From Flavobacterium sp. (lineage in GTDB: Bacteria > Bacteroidota > Bacteroidia > Flavobacteriales > Flavobacteriaceae), in NCBI GenBank assembly GCA_039933895.1, contig JBDTNG010000271.1, positions 1 to 43,747 of the forward strand: 43,747 nt of DNA, read 5' to 3'. The number at the start of each line of letters is the position of its first letter. The first letter of the stretch is position 1. This document shows positions 1-9,133 of the stretch, piece by piece. The notes under the pieces were generated by a model, which searched no databases, had not been told where the DNA came from, and worked only from the letters and a program-made list of their open reading frames with translations. Position numbers and translations under genes: made by a program.

Positions 1-1798
1 CTGCTGTATTTTGTGAAGATACCGAAAAAGCTCCTCCAGTAACATTCGTAGCAACAGTCATATTTGCAAAAGCAGTTTGACCAACTTTTGATGCTGGGAC
101 ATAAGCAGCATTATCCCTAACTGTAACTCTAAAATTTAATGTTCTTGCAATAGAAAGCAAAGCTTCAGACTGCATTCCAGCATCACCATTAATTTGGGCA
201 GTAGCTGTTAAGTTTGCCATAATAGTAGTCATTTTTGGAAGATACCTGGTATTTGAAGCAGTAGCTGACCATGATGCAAAATTTGGTCCACTTGCTTTAG
301 TTGCTGTTGCACTACTTACAGTACTATTAGCAAATTGAGCAGCAGCTGGAACATCCATTTGTTCCCAACTGTATGTCAAAGCATCCCCATTCACATCTGC
401 ACCAGCTCCAACAAGAGCAAATGGCGTACTGATAGGAATAGTTATGTTTGCACTAGCAGCAATTGTTGGTGTAGCATTCGCAGCACTAATATTAGTATTT
501 ACAGGACACGTTTTTGTAGCTAAATTTGCTTGAATTTGAGCAATTGTTATAGCGTGATACGCATCAATAGAGTGATTTGTAAAATCCGCAGAAGTAATAC
601 CAGCATAACCCATGATAGTTATTCCTGAACCAACTTCCATATTAGCTCCTGTTCCTTCATCTTGAATGGTATATGTATGATTTCCTCCCATTTGATGTCC
701 TACTTCATGAACTACATAATCAATATCAAAATTATCTCCTTGTGGAATTCCATCAGCAGGAGAAGTGATTCCTGATCCTTTATTTAAGTCATTTGGTGAA
801 TTTGTATCATCTACGCAAACACATCCTATACAGCCTGCATTACCACCACCACCTGAAGCACCAAACATGTGTCCAATATCGTAGGCAGCATTGTTTGCAG
901 CCAATGTAGTTCCAACTCCAGTTAAATTCCCACTTAATGTTTGTTGCAATTGTTTATTCCAATTGGCCAATGTAGTATAAGGATCTGATCCTGAATTATA
1001 GTAAATTACATTTGTAGTACTTGCAACTAAATTAAGATGTACTCCTAAATCTTTTTCATAACACCCATTACAACGTGTAAGAGTATTATTGAAAGCTGCT
1101 AATACAATTGTTTGATCGGCAGCAGTTCCTGCAGTTGATGCTCCAAAATAAGCAGCATACTCTCCATTACAAGATTGTGCTAAACGCATTACTTTTAATT
1201 GACCTGCAGATGATTTTTGAGTGTTTTGTAGTTGAGAATTTAAATCTACAACCATTTTTTTATCGTCAGTAGAACAGTTCCATGCTAAATCACCTCTTTC
1301 TCTTTGCGATTTAAATACTGAGTAAATAGTATGGTCCTGAGAATAAGCCTCGATAAATTCGTTTTGTTTATCAGTTCTGAAAACCATCGTTTGAATGCCA
1401 TTAGGCGCGATGCTTATTTTTAATGTCGCATATTTATCAGTAATTCCTTTTCCGGAATAAGCTCTAATTTCAGGAAAACGAGCTTGTAAATCTGCTTCAA
1501 AATTTGAAGCCTCAAACACTTCAAATTGTTCCATTTGCCCATCAGCATTTGGTAATGTAATTACTGTTGATTGCTTTTTTGCAGTAGCACCAACAATCGA
1601 AAACAACTCCGAACGGAGTGGTTCAATGTTCAATTGGAACAGTTTAAATTCTTTAGGGTAAGCTTGCCTTGCCACTCCTTTATCAGTAGGCACATTCCCT
1701 TTGCTGGTTTCGCTAGAAAACCAATAGTTTCCGTTTTGCGCTTGCGTTTGATTAAAAGCAAAACCCAAAAGAAACATAATAAGTAATTGTTTTTTCAT
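1..1798 (-). CDS. Reprolysin-like (M12B) zinc metallopeptidase, partial (3' end outside the window); paralog of 1919..4720
   Basis: Not in the ORF track. Read manually from ATG at 1798: MKKQLLIMFLLGFAFNQTQAQ (signal peptide), later HEVGHQMGGNH zinc motif and TIMGY Met-turn. Collinear with the neighbouring paralog. Confidence 0.9.
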   Translation of the reverse strand, partial: MKKQLLIMFLLGFAFNQTQAQNGNYWFSSETSKGNVPTDKGVARQAYPKEFKLFQLNIEPLRSELFSIVGATAKKQSTVITLPNADGQMEQFEVFEASNFEADLQARFPEIRAYSGKGITDKYATLKISIAPNGIQTMVFRTDKQNEFIEAYSQDHTIYSVFKSQRERGDLAWNCSTDDKKMVVDLNSQLQNTQKSSAGQLKVMRLAQSCNGEYAAYFGASTAGTAADQTIVLAAFNNTLTRCNGCYEKDLGVHLNLVASTTNVIYYNSGSDPYTTLANWNKQLQQTLSGNLTGVGTTLAANNAAYDIGHMFGASGGGGNAGCIGCVCVDDTNSPNDLNKGSGITSPADGIPQGDNFDIDYVVHEVGHQMGGNHTYTIQDEGTGANMEVGSGITIMGYAGITSADFTNHSIDAYHAITIAQIQANLATKTCPVNTNISAANATPTIAASANITIPISTPFALVGAGADVNGDALTYSWEQMDVPAAAQFANSTVSSATATKASGPNFASWSATASNTRYLPKMTTIMANLTATAQINGDAGMQSEALLSIARTLNFRVTVRDNAAYVPASKVGQTAFANMTVATNVTGGAFSVSSQNTA

Positions 1799-1865
1799 AT
1801 TTTAATATTTTGTAATTAATTACCTCTAAAGTATTAATTAATTACAAATAACACTTGCTTTTAAC

Positions 1866-1899
1866 AAAAAAAGCGCAAAGAATTGAATCTTTGCGCTTT
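1866..1899 (-). terminator. Rho-independent terminator
   Basis: 12-bp stem aaagcgcaaaga/tctttgcgcttt; the A-run at 1866-1872 gives a U-tract on the minus strand, just after the 1919 stop. Confidence 0.8.
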
Positions 1900-1918
1900 A
1901 TTAGACTTAAAGTTGTAG

Positions 1919-4720
1919 TTATTCTATTACAATACGTTTTACGGTTTTCTTAGCACCATCAATAATAGATACTAAATAAATTCCTGCCTGTACTTTATCT
2001 AAAGTAACATTTTGATTGAAAGCACCTGTGTTAGAGAATGATTTCTCATACACTTCTCTTCCTCTCATATCATGTACATTGATTTTAATGTCATTGTTTG
2101 AAGCTGAAGTAAATTTTACTATAAAGCTTCCAGTATTTGGATTTGGATACAGTGAAAAGTCTTGAAATTCAAATTCTTCATTAGACAATGTAAAACTTTT
2201 ATTACACAAAGTTACTGCCCATGAATTAATACTACCTACATCACCATTATAATAATCCGCAGTAAATAACCTCCAAGTTCCATTAGCTGTCAATCCATTA
2301 AATACTGACAAAGGAGAAGAAGGAGCAAATGTTCCAGTCATATTCGCAACACATGTAAATCCAGCAGCACCGTCACTTAAAGTCACGTTAAAGTTGTCAT
2401 TACCAGCACAAGCTCTATTCCAAACACTTGAAAAAGTAGTAGTATTTGGGTGAACAATTTGTATCACTAAGTCATTTGGCCAAGTGTGAGAAACATTCAA
2501 GGCAACATCTACATCAGTTAAATTATAAGTAACTGGAACAGCAATTGAATTTGTAACTACAGCTCCTGGCACTTCAGCACCTGTACCATCTGGGATAGCC
2601 AAAGGTGTGCTGTTAGTATAAGTATTACAAGTATTTGTAATTGTATAACCAATAGCGATGTCTTGTCTGTTTATGTCATAAAATATATGAGTGTGTGCTT
2701 TAACCATAATACGAGCGTTAGTAGCCGTAATATTTGGAACAGTAATATTCTCAGTACCGTCATTAGCTGTATTGCTAACTAAAACAGTTGGAAATGTTAA
2801 TCCTCCGTCTGTAGACAATAAAATATCTACGAATTGATCACCAGCAACGTTAGCAGCATAAGCTACATTTGTACCATTTACAGACCAAGTAACTGCTTGT
2901 ATAGAACCTTGAAGCCAAGTCTGATCAATCACAGCTTGAGAAGTCACATCAAAAGGACCGTTTGTACCACTCACGGTAACAACCATATCATCAAAACTAG
3001 TTTGACCAACTTTTATTGGAACAATCGCACTGTATGGTGCATTATCTCTAGTTGTTAATCTAAAAGCTAATGTTCTTGCAACTGAGCTTAATGCTTCTAC
3101 ATTAATATCAGCTCCAGCTGTTGTCACAGAATTTGCTAAAGTTGTAGACAATCTTGGAAAGTTACGTGATGGAGTTGTTACTGCATCATAAGATCTCCAG
3201 TTTGGACCTGTTGCTTTTGTAACAATTGCCGCACTAGCAGCTCCAGTTTGTGCTGCACTAGCATTATCCATTTCTTCCCAGCTATATGTTAAAGCATCTC
3301 CAGCGTTAGCATCTGTAGCAGATCCTGTTAATTTAAATGGAGTACTTTTTGGTATCGTAAAATCAGACCCAGCATTTGTAACTGGCGTAGCATTATTTGC
3401 AACAATACTAGTAGTAACTGGACATGTTTTACCAGCTAAATTAGTTTGTATTTGAGCAATAGTCGCAGCATGGTATTTATCAATAGAGTGAGCAGCAATA
3501 TCTTGAGGAGTAATTCCAGCATAACCCATAATGGTAACTCCAGATCCTGGCTCAACATTAACACCTGATCCTTCATTAGACATAGAGAAAGTATGATTAC
3601 CTCCTAATTGATGTCCAACTTCATGCACTACATAATCAATATCGAAATTATCTCCTTGAGGAATAGCATCGGCAGGAGAAGTAAATCCACTTCCTTTATT
3701 TTGATCTGTTGTACTTGCCGTATCATCTGTACAAACACAACCAATACATCCAGCGTTTCCACCTCCACCATCAGCACCAAATAAGTGACCGATATCATAA
3801 GCAGCATTATTAGCTGCCAAAGTAGTAGCAGGTCCTGTAAGGCTAGAACTCAATGTGTTTTGTAATTCAGCATTCCAAGTTCCTCCAGCTCCAGCAGCAG
3901 AATCAGAATAAGGATCCGTAGCAGGATTGTAATAAATTACATTCGTTGAAGACGCTACTAAATTCAAGTGTAATGCTAAATCTTTTTCATACACACCATT
4001 ACAACGTGTTAAAGTAGCATTAATCGCAGCTAAAACTAAAGCAACTTGCCCCACAGTTGTTGCTCCAAAATAGTTTGAATATTCTGCAGTAACCGATTGA
4101 GCCAAACGCATTGTTTTTAATTGTCCAGCACTAGATTTGTTTGTACTTGGTAATTGAGAAGTTACATCTGTTGTCATTTTTTTATCATCAACAGAACAAG
4201 TCCAAGCTAGTTTTCCTTTTTGTCTTTGAGATTTAAAAACAGCATACACTGTATGATCTTGAGAATAAGCTTCAATAAATTCATTATCTTTTTCAGTTCT
4301 GAAAATCATAGTTTGAATTCCTTGAGGAGAAATACTCAACTTTAATGTTGCATATTTATCAGTAATTCCTTTTCCAGAATAAGCTCTGATTTGTGGGAAT
4401 TGTGCTTGTAATTCTGTATCAAAATTTGAAGCTTCATACACTTCAAACTGTTCGATTTGACCATCAGCATTTGGCAAAGAAATGATAGCTGCATGTTTTG
4501 CCGCTACACCTGCGTTAATCGAAAATAAAGTTTCTCTAAGTGGAGTAATATTCAAATCATATAATTTGAACTCCTTTGGGAATGATTGTCTGGCAACTCC
4601 TTTGTCGGTAGTGATTTTACTACTTTCACCATTGTGCGAAGACCATACTTTGCCCGTTTGTGCTTGCAGTTGGCAAACAGCGAAAACAGAAGCAAATACA
4701 AATAGTAATTGTTTTTTCAT
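1919..4720 (-). CDS. Reprolysin-like (M12B) metallopeptidase with proprotein-convertase P-like domain and T9SS type A C-terminal domain
   Basis: Signal peptide; HEVGHQLGGNH; TIMGY; P-domain-like segment (HTWPNDL...NGTWRL...DVGSINSW); C-terminal LYPNP...GIYLVSI...KRIVIE. Confidence 0.92.
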   Translation of the reverse strand: MKKQLLFVFASVFAVCQLQAQTGKVWSSHNGESSKITTDKGVARQSFPKEFKLYDLNITPLRETLFSINAGVAAKHAAIISLPNADGQIEQFEVYEASNFDTELQAQFPQIRAYSGKGITDKYATLKLSISPQGIQTMIFRTEKDNEFIEAYSQDHTVYAVFKSQRQKGKLAWTCSVDDKKMTTDVTSQLPSTNKSSAGQLKTMRLAQSVTAEYSNYFGATTVGQVALVLAAINATLTRCNGVYEKDLALHLNLVASSTNVIYYNPATDPYSDSAAGAGGTWNAELQNTLSSSLTGPATTLAANNAAYDIGHLFGADGGGGNAGCIGCVCTDDTASTTDQNKGSGFTSPADAIPQGDNFDIDYVVHEVGHQLGGNHTFSMSNEGSGVNVEPGSGVTIMGYAGITPQDIAAHSIDKYHAATIAQIQTNLAGKTCPVTTSIVANNATPVTNAGSDFTIPKSTPFKLTGSATDANAGDALTYSWEEMDNASAAQTGAASAAIVTKATGPNWRSYDAVTTPSRNFPRLSTTLANSVTTAGADINVEALSSVARTLAFRLTTRDNAPYSAIVPIKVGQTSFDDMVVTVSGTNGPFDVTSQAVIDQTWLQGSIQAVTWSVNGTNVAYAANVAGDQFVDILLSTDGGLTFPTVLVSNTANDGTENITVPNITATNARIMVKAHTHIFYDINRQDIAIGYTITNTCNTYTNSTPLAIPDGTGAEVPGAVVTNSIAVPVTYNLTDVDVALNVSHTWPNDLVIQIVHPNTTTFSSVWNRACAGNDNFNVTLSDGAAGFTCVANMTGTFAPSSPLSVFNGLTANGTWRLFTADYYNGDVGSINSWAVTLCNKSFTLSNEEFEFQDFSLYPNPNTGSFIVKFTSASNNDIKINVHDMRGREVYEKSFSNTGAFNQNVTLDKVQAGIYLVSIIDGAKKTVKRIVIE

Positions 4721-4865
4721 TGGTTGTTTTTTTTAATTGAATAACAAAAATACTAATTTTAAATTTATTTATTAAAATTTTAACAGGTATTTTATAGGTA
4801 ATCATGATTTTTTACACCATAAAGCATTTTAAAATTCCATTACTTAATATTTAAAACTAAAATTT

Positions 4866-4873
4866 TATCTTTG
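4866..4873 (+). promoter_or_regulatory. Bacteroidota sigma-A -7 element of ribF
   Basis: TATCTTTG matches TAnnTTTG, 20 nt before the start codon. Confidence 0.6.
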
Positions 4874-4892
4874 CTCTTTAAAATTTCTAGCC

Positions 4893-5825
4893 TTGAAAGT
4901 ATTCCGTTCCATATCTGAATTTTCTTGTAAAAAAAGAACCGTCGTAACACTTGGCACTTTTGATGGGGTTCATTTGGGACATCAAAAAATCATCAATCGA
5001 ATTTTAAACAGCGCCGCTCACAATAATCTAGAAAGCGTTGTACTTACTTTTTCACAACATCCAAGAGCTGTTTTACATGCCGATAGCAACATAAAATTAC
5101 TCAATACGAATGAAGAAAAAATAGCACTTTTAGAACGAAAAGGAATCGACAATCTAATTATCCATCCTTTCGATTCAAAATTTTCTGAATTAACGGGAGA
5201 AGAATTTGTAAAATCAATACTGGTTGACAAACTCAATATTAAAAAAATAATTATCGGATATGATCATCGTTTTGGAAAAAACAGGGCTTCCGACATACAC
5301 GATCTGATTCAATTTGGTCAAAAATACCATTTTGATGTAGAACAGATTTCCGCCAAAGAAATTGATGAAATATCTGTAAGTTCGACCAAAATTAGAAATG
5401 CAATTGCAGAAGGAAACATTGCATTAGCCAATCAATATTTAGGCTATCCTTATGCTTTTACCGGGAAAGTAATCAGAGGCAAACAACTTGGAAGAACTAT
5501 TGATTTTCCAACAGCCAACATTTTAATTGAAAATTCTCAAAAAATAATTCCCAAGAACGGCGTGTATATCGTGGAAGGCTCATGGAAGAACACAACACGT
5601 CAAGGTATGATGAACATAGGCACCAAACCTACTGTTGACGGTAAAAATTTGTCTGTTGAAATTCATTTTTTCAACACAGATGAAGACTTATACGACACCA
5701 ATATTACGATCACCGTGCATGAATTCATAAGAGATGAAGTCAAATTTAGCGGGATAGATGAATTAAAAATTCAACTCAAAAAAGACAAAGCAACTTCACT
5801 GGATTATTTTTCAAATCAAAAATAA
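4893..5825 (+). CDS. ribF: Bifunctional riboflavin kinase/FAD synthetase
   Basis: GTFDGVHLGH, GYDHRFG, SSTKIR, GRTIDFPTAN and GTKPTV motifs. Confidence 0.97.
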   Translation: MKVFRSISEFSCKKRTVVTLGTFDGVHLGHQKIINRILNSAAHNNLESVVLTFSQHPRAVLHADSNIKLLNTNEEKIALLERKGIDNLIIHPFDSKFSELTGEEFVKSILVDKLNIKKIIIGYDHRFGKNRASDIHDLIQFGQKYHFDVEQISAKEIDEISVSSTKIRNAIAEGNIALANQYLGYPYAFTGKVIRGKQLGRTIDFPTANILIENSQKIIPKNGVYIVEGSWKNTTRQGMMNIGTKPTVDGKNLSVEIHFFNTDEDLYDTNITITVHEFIRDEVKFSGIDELKIQLKKDKATSLDYFSNQK

Positions 5826-5955
5826 AACACAACACTATTTGTGTTAAAAAATTCGGCATTATCTTGTTAAATACTTGCTTCTTATATATTATTTGAATAC
5901 TTTTGATATACTTTCTTTAAGTTTTTAACCGATTGTTTAATTAAAAATTGCAGCC

Positions 5956-6399
5956 ATGAGTATATCAAAAGAAGTTAACAACGGCATTATGATTTTTATT
6001 GGAATTGGAATTTATTTCCTTACCATGGAATTATTGGGATTATCAGGAATATTTTGGCTTAGAATACTAAACATTTTTATTGTTGTTTATTTTGTAAACA
6101 AAACTATAAAATCAAATTACAAAGAAGGCAAAACTGAATACTTAGGGAATTTAATCTCCGGAGCATTAACATCGTTAGTAGGAGTAGTCTTGAGTGTCGC
6201 CGGTTTGCTGGCTTATATTAATATGAGAGGCGGTAGCGCTTATTTAGAAAAACTTTCCGACAGTTTTCTTTTTGGCGGCGGACAACCCTCAATGTATCAG
6301 TACTGCATCGGAATGCTTTTTGAAGGTTTTGCTTCTTCCATCATCATAACTTTCGCATTAATGCAATATTGGAAAGACACGACTATAAAACAACATTAG
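5956..6399 (+). CDS. Small membrane protein, DUF4199-like
   Basis: 147 aa with about four hydrophobic helices; family call is by resemblance only. Confidence 0.7.
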   Translation: MSISKEVNNGIMIFIGIGIYFLTMELLGLSGIFWLRILNIFIVVYFVNKTIKSNYKEGKTEYLGNLISGALTSLVGVVLSVAGLLAYINMRGGSAYLEKLSDSFLFGGGQPSMYQYCIGMLFEGFASSIIITFALMQYWKDTTIKQH

Positions 6400-6422
6400 T
6401 CTATTTTCCATCAAATAATATC

Positions 6423-6462
6423 GAAAATGTTTTTAGTAAATCCGTTTACTAAAAACATTTTC
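6423..6462. repeat. Perfect 18-bp inverted repeat (terminator or operator) upstream of bioB
   Basis: gaaaatgtttttagtaaa-tccg-tttactaaaaacattttc. Confidence 0.75.
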
Positions 6463-6504
6463 TAGTTTTATGCATATCAGTACAATAGTTTAAATCGAAA
6501 TCCT

Positions 6505-6512
6505 TATTTTTG
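6505..6512 (+). promoter_or_regulatory. Bacteroidota -7 element of bioB
   Basis: TATTTTTG, 24 nt before the ATG. Confidence 0.55.
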
Positions 6513-6535
6513 GCACGTATTATTAAGATGCTATT

Positions 6536-7633
6536 ATGAGTGTAACTAGAAATAATTGGACAAAAGAGGAAATCATTGCCATTTATAACAAGCCTTTAAT
6601 GGATTTGCTTTACGAAGCAGCAAGTATCCATAGAGAACATCACGACCCAAATGTCGTTCAAGTATCAACATTACTTTCTATAAAAACAGGTGGTTGTCCT
6701 GAAGATTGTGGTTATTGCCCACAAGCTGCACGTTACCATACTGATATTCAAGGAAATGATTTGATGAGTGTACAACAAGTGAAAGCACAAGCGCTACGGG
6801 CTAAATCATCAGGTTCTTCAAGAGTTTGTATGGGTGCTGCGTGGAGAAATGTGAAAGACGGTCCAGAATTTGATCAAGTATTGGAAATGGTGAGAACCAT
6901 CAACAAACTAGACATGGAAGTGTGTTGTACCTTAGGCATGATTACAGAAAATCAGGCACAGCGTTTGGCTGAAGCAGGACTGTATGCTTACAATCATAAT
7001 TTAGATACTTCTGAAGAATATTACAAAGAGGTCATCTCTACAAGAGGTTTTGAAGACAGAATTCAAACCATTGAAAACGTTAGAAAAACCAATGTTACTG
7101 TTTGTAGTGGCGGAATTATAGGTATGGGTGAAAGTGTTGAAGACAGAGCAGGAATGCTTGTTGCGCTATCTACTTTAAACCCACAACCGGAATCAGTACC
7201 TATCAATGCTCTTGTTGCTGTTGAAGGAACACCAATGGAAGAAGAAAAACCAGTTGAAATTTGGGAAATGATCCGTATGGTAGCTACCACTCGTATTATT
7301 ATGCCTGAAACACAGGTTCGCCTTTCTGCTGGAAGAATGAATATGACTAGAGAAGGACAAGCCATGTGCTTTTTTGCGGGCGCCAATTCTATTTTTGCTG
7401 GAGATAAATTATTGACAACGCCAAATCCAGATGTAAACGAAGACATGAAAATGTTTGAAATGCTTGGATTAAATCCACAAAAACCATTTACGAAGGTATC
7501 ACAACCTAAAACTATTGAAGCAGAAGATTCTCAATTTCAATCTTTAGGTGAAAAACCAAAATGGACGAGACCAAGTCACACCATTGACCGAAACATTGAA
7601 GTTTCCTTAAAAGGTAAAAACGAAAAAGTATAA
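6536..7633 (+). CDS. bioB: Biotin synthase
   Basis: Radical SAM CPEDCGYC; YNHNLDT; VCSGGIIGMGE; PESVPIN; RLSAGR. Confidence 0.98.
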   Translation: MSVTRNNWTKEEIIAIYNKPLMDLLYEAASIHREHHDPNVVQVSTLLSIKTGGCPEDCGYCPQAARYHTDIQGNDLMSVQQVKAQALRAKSSGSSRVCMGAAWRNVKDGPEFDQVLEMVRTINKLDMEVCCTLGMITENQAQRLAEAGLYAYNHNLDTSEEYYKEVISTRGFEDRIQTIENVRKTNVTVCSGGIIGMGESVEDRAGMLVALSTLNPQPESVPINALVAVEGTPMEEEKPVEIWEMIRMVATTRIIMPETQVRLSAGRMNMTREGQAMCFFAGANSIFAGDKLLTTPNPDVNEDMKMFEMLGLNPQKPFTKVSQPKTIEAEDSQFQSLGEKPKWTRPSHTIDRNIEVSLKGKNEKV

Positions 7634-7638
7634 GAAAT

Positions 7639-7669
7639 AAAAAAGCTCCTAAAATTTAGGAGCTTTTTT
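7639..7669. terminator. Bidirectional terminator
   Basis: aaaaaagctcctaaa-a-tttaggagctttttt between convergent genes. Confidence 0.85.
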
Positions 7670-7884
7670 TATTTAGAAGCTTGAAGCTTAAATTTATTCA
7701 GTGCATAGATACCATATACAATTGCAGCAATTATCAGCAACCCCAAGCTGCCATCAATAGGCAATCCTGGCGGCGGCGGTGGCGTAGGTGGAGGAGGTCC
7801 ACCTGCTGGAGCCTGAGCATATGTACTCAAAGTTATTAGAACAACTAATAAACTTAGATTAATCTTATTGGGAGCAATATTCAT
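7669..7884 (-). CDS. Small proline-rich protein with PID-CTERM-like sorting signal
   Basis: 71 aa from ATG 7884: signal peptide, GGPPPPTPPPPPG, PIDG, hydrophobic helix, basic tail. Confidence 0.8.
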   Translation of the reverse strand: MNIAPNKINLSLLVVLITLSTYAQAPAGGPPPPTPPPPPGLPIDGSLGLLIIAAIVYGIYALNKFKLQASK

Positions 7885-8069
7885 AGTTGGTACAAATATA
7901 AAAAAACTTTTTAACAAATCCTTTTAGGAATACAATTTCCTGTAATTTTACAATCCTTCTTAGGGACAATATTAAGCGAAAAAAATGATTCGACCAATTA
8001 ATTTTTTAAAAAAAATAAAATATTTTAAATCAACAATTTATTAATCATACCATCACAACACTAAAAAAT

Positions 8070-8099
8070 AAAAGCCTCTCAATTTCTCAAAAGGCTTTT
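8070..8099 (-). terminator. Probable terminator downstream of the tRNA
   Basis: aaaagcct...aggctttt arms with a long loop. Confidence 0.5.
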
Positions 8100-8109
8100 C
8101 TAAACTAAG

Positions 8110-8183
8110 TGGTCCCACCTGGGCTCGAACCAGGGACCACCTGATTATGAGTCAGGTGCTCTAACCAGCTGAGCTATAGGACC
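8110..8183 (-). tRNA. tRNA with CAT anticodon, most likely tRNA-Ile2 (lysidine-modified); CCA end not encoded
   Basis: Reverse complement GGTCCTATAGCTCAGCTGGTTAGAGCACCTGACTCATAATCAGGTGGTCCCTGGTTCGAGCCCAGGTGGGACCA folds as a cloverleaf. The GACTCATAATC arm resembles Ile2 more than elongator or initiator Met. Confidence 0.93.
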
Positions 8184-8228
8184 GGTTTAGAGAGTGCAAT
8201 ATTACTATATATTTTACTATTCTCAAAA

Positions 8229-8633
8229 TTAATCTTGAATTTCTTGACACAATTCTATCAAGACACCATTAGTTCCTTTTGGATGTAAAAAGGCAACGAG
8301 TTTATTATCAGCGCCTTTTTTAGGAATTTCATTCAAAACAACAAAACCCTCAGCTTGCAAACGAGCAATTTCTAAGACAATATTTTCAACATCAAAGGCA
8401 ATATGGTGTATTCCTTCTCCTTTTTTTTCAATGAATTTAGCAATGGGGCTCTCAGGATTAGTAGCTTCAAGCAATTCTATTTTATTGGGACCGTTCATAA
8501 AAAAAGATGTCTTCACTCCTTCGCTTGCTACTTCTTCCTGTTTATAGGCCGGAGCACCAAAAAGTTTTTCAAAAAGAATATTTGACACTTCCAGATCTTT
8601 TACAGCAATTCCTATATGTTCTATTTTTCTCAT
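8229..8633 (-). CDS. mce: Methylmalonyl-CoA epimerase (VOC family)
   Basis: IEHIGIAV, KIELLE, GEGIHHIAF and FLHPKGTNGVLIEL motifs. Confidence 0.93.
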   Translation of the reverse strand: MRKIEHIGIAVKDLEVSNILFEKLFGAPAYKQEEVASEGVKTSFFMNGPNKIELLEATNPESPIAKFIEKKGEGIHHIAFDVENIVLEIARLQAEGFVVLNEIPKKGADNKLVAFLHPKGTNGVLIELCQEIQD

Positions 8634-8727
8634 TTAAACGTAATTTATAAAATTGGTCATTTTAAAACCTCAAGACATTCATTTCTAATATTTACACAAA
8701 GATAAATACTTTAAAACTTAAAAGTCG

Positions 8728-8735
8728 TATTTTTG
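8728..8735 (+). promoter_or_regulatory. Bacteroidota -7 element of rbfA (near-leaderless)
   Basis: TATTTTTG ending 5 nt before the ATG at 8740. Confidence 0.6.
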
Positions 8736-8739
8736 CAAT

Positions 8740-9132
8740 ATGGAAACAAATAGACAGAAAAAAATAGGTGGTGTTCTACAAAAAGATTTAGTAGACATCT
8801 TGCAAGGGGAAATCCGTAAAAATGGAATTACAAATCTTGTAATTTCAGTTTCTAAAGTTAGCGTTACAACCGATTTAGGTGTTGCCAGAGTTTATTTGAG
8901 TGTTTTTCCTCAAGACAAAGCACAAGAAATTTTGGAAGCTGTTAAGTCAAATATGCCTTTAATCAAACACGATTTATCTCAACGTGTTAAATTACAACTA
9001 CGAAAAGTACCAAACTTGTCTTTTTATATTGACGACAGTTTAGATTATATTGAAAAAATTGACAATGCGCTTGCTGGGAAAGAAAACCCAATCGAAAATC
9101 GTGATTTATTAGCAAAAAGAAAGAAATTTTAA
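8740..9132 (+). CDS. rbfA: 30S ribosome-binding factor A
   Basis: VTTDLGVARVYLS and LRKVPNLSFYIDDSL motifs. Confidence 0.96.
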   Translation: METNRQKKIGGVLQKDLVDILQGEIRKNGITNLVISVSKVSVTTDLGVARVYLSVFPQDKAQEILEAVKSNMPLIKHDLSQRVKLQLRKVPNLSFYIDDSLDYIEKIDNALAGKENPIENRDLLAKRKKF

Positions 9133-9133
9133 T

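Noticed and set aside
8110-8183. tRNA as a prophage or island integration site
   Set aside because: No integrase, no duplicated tRNA 3' end seen, and the flanking genes are ordinary.
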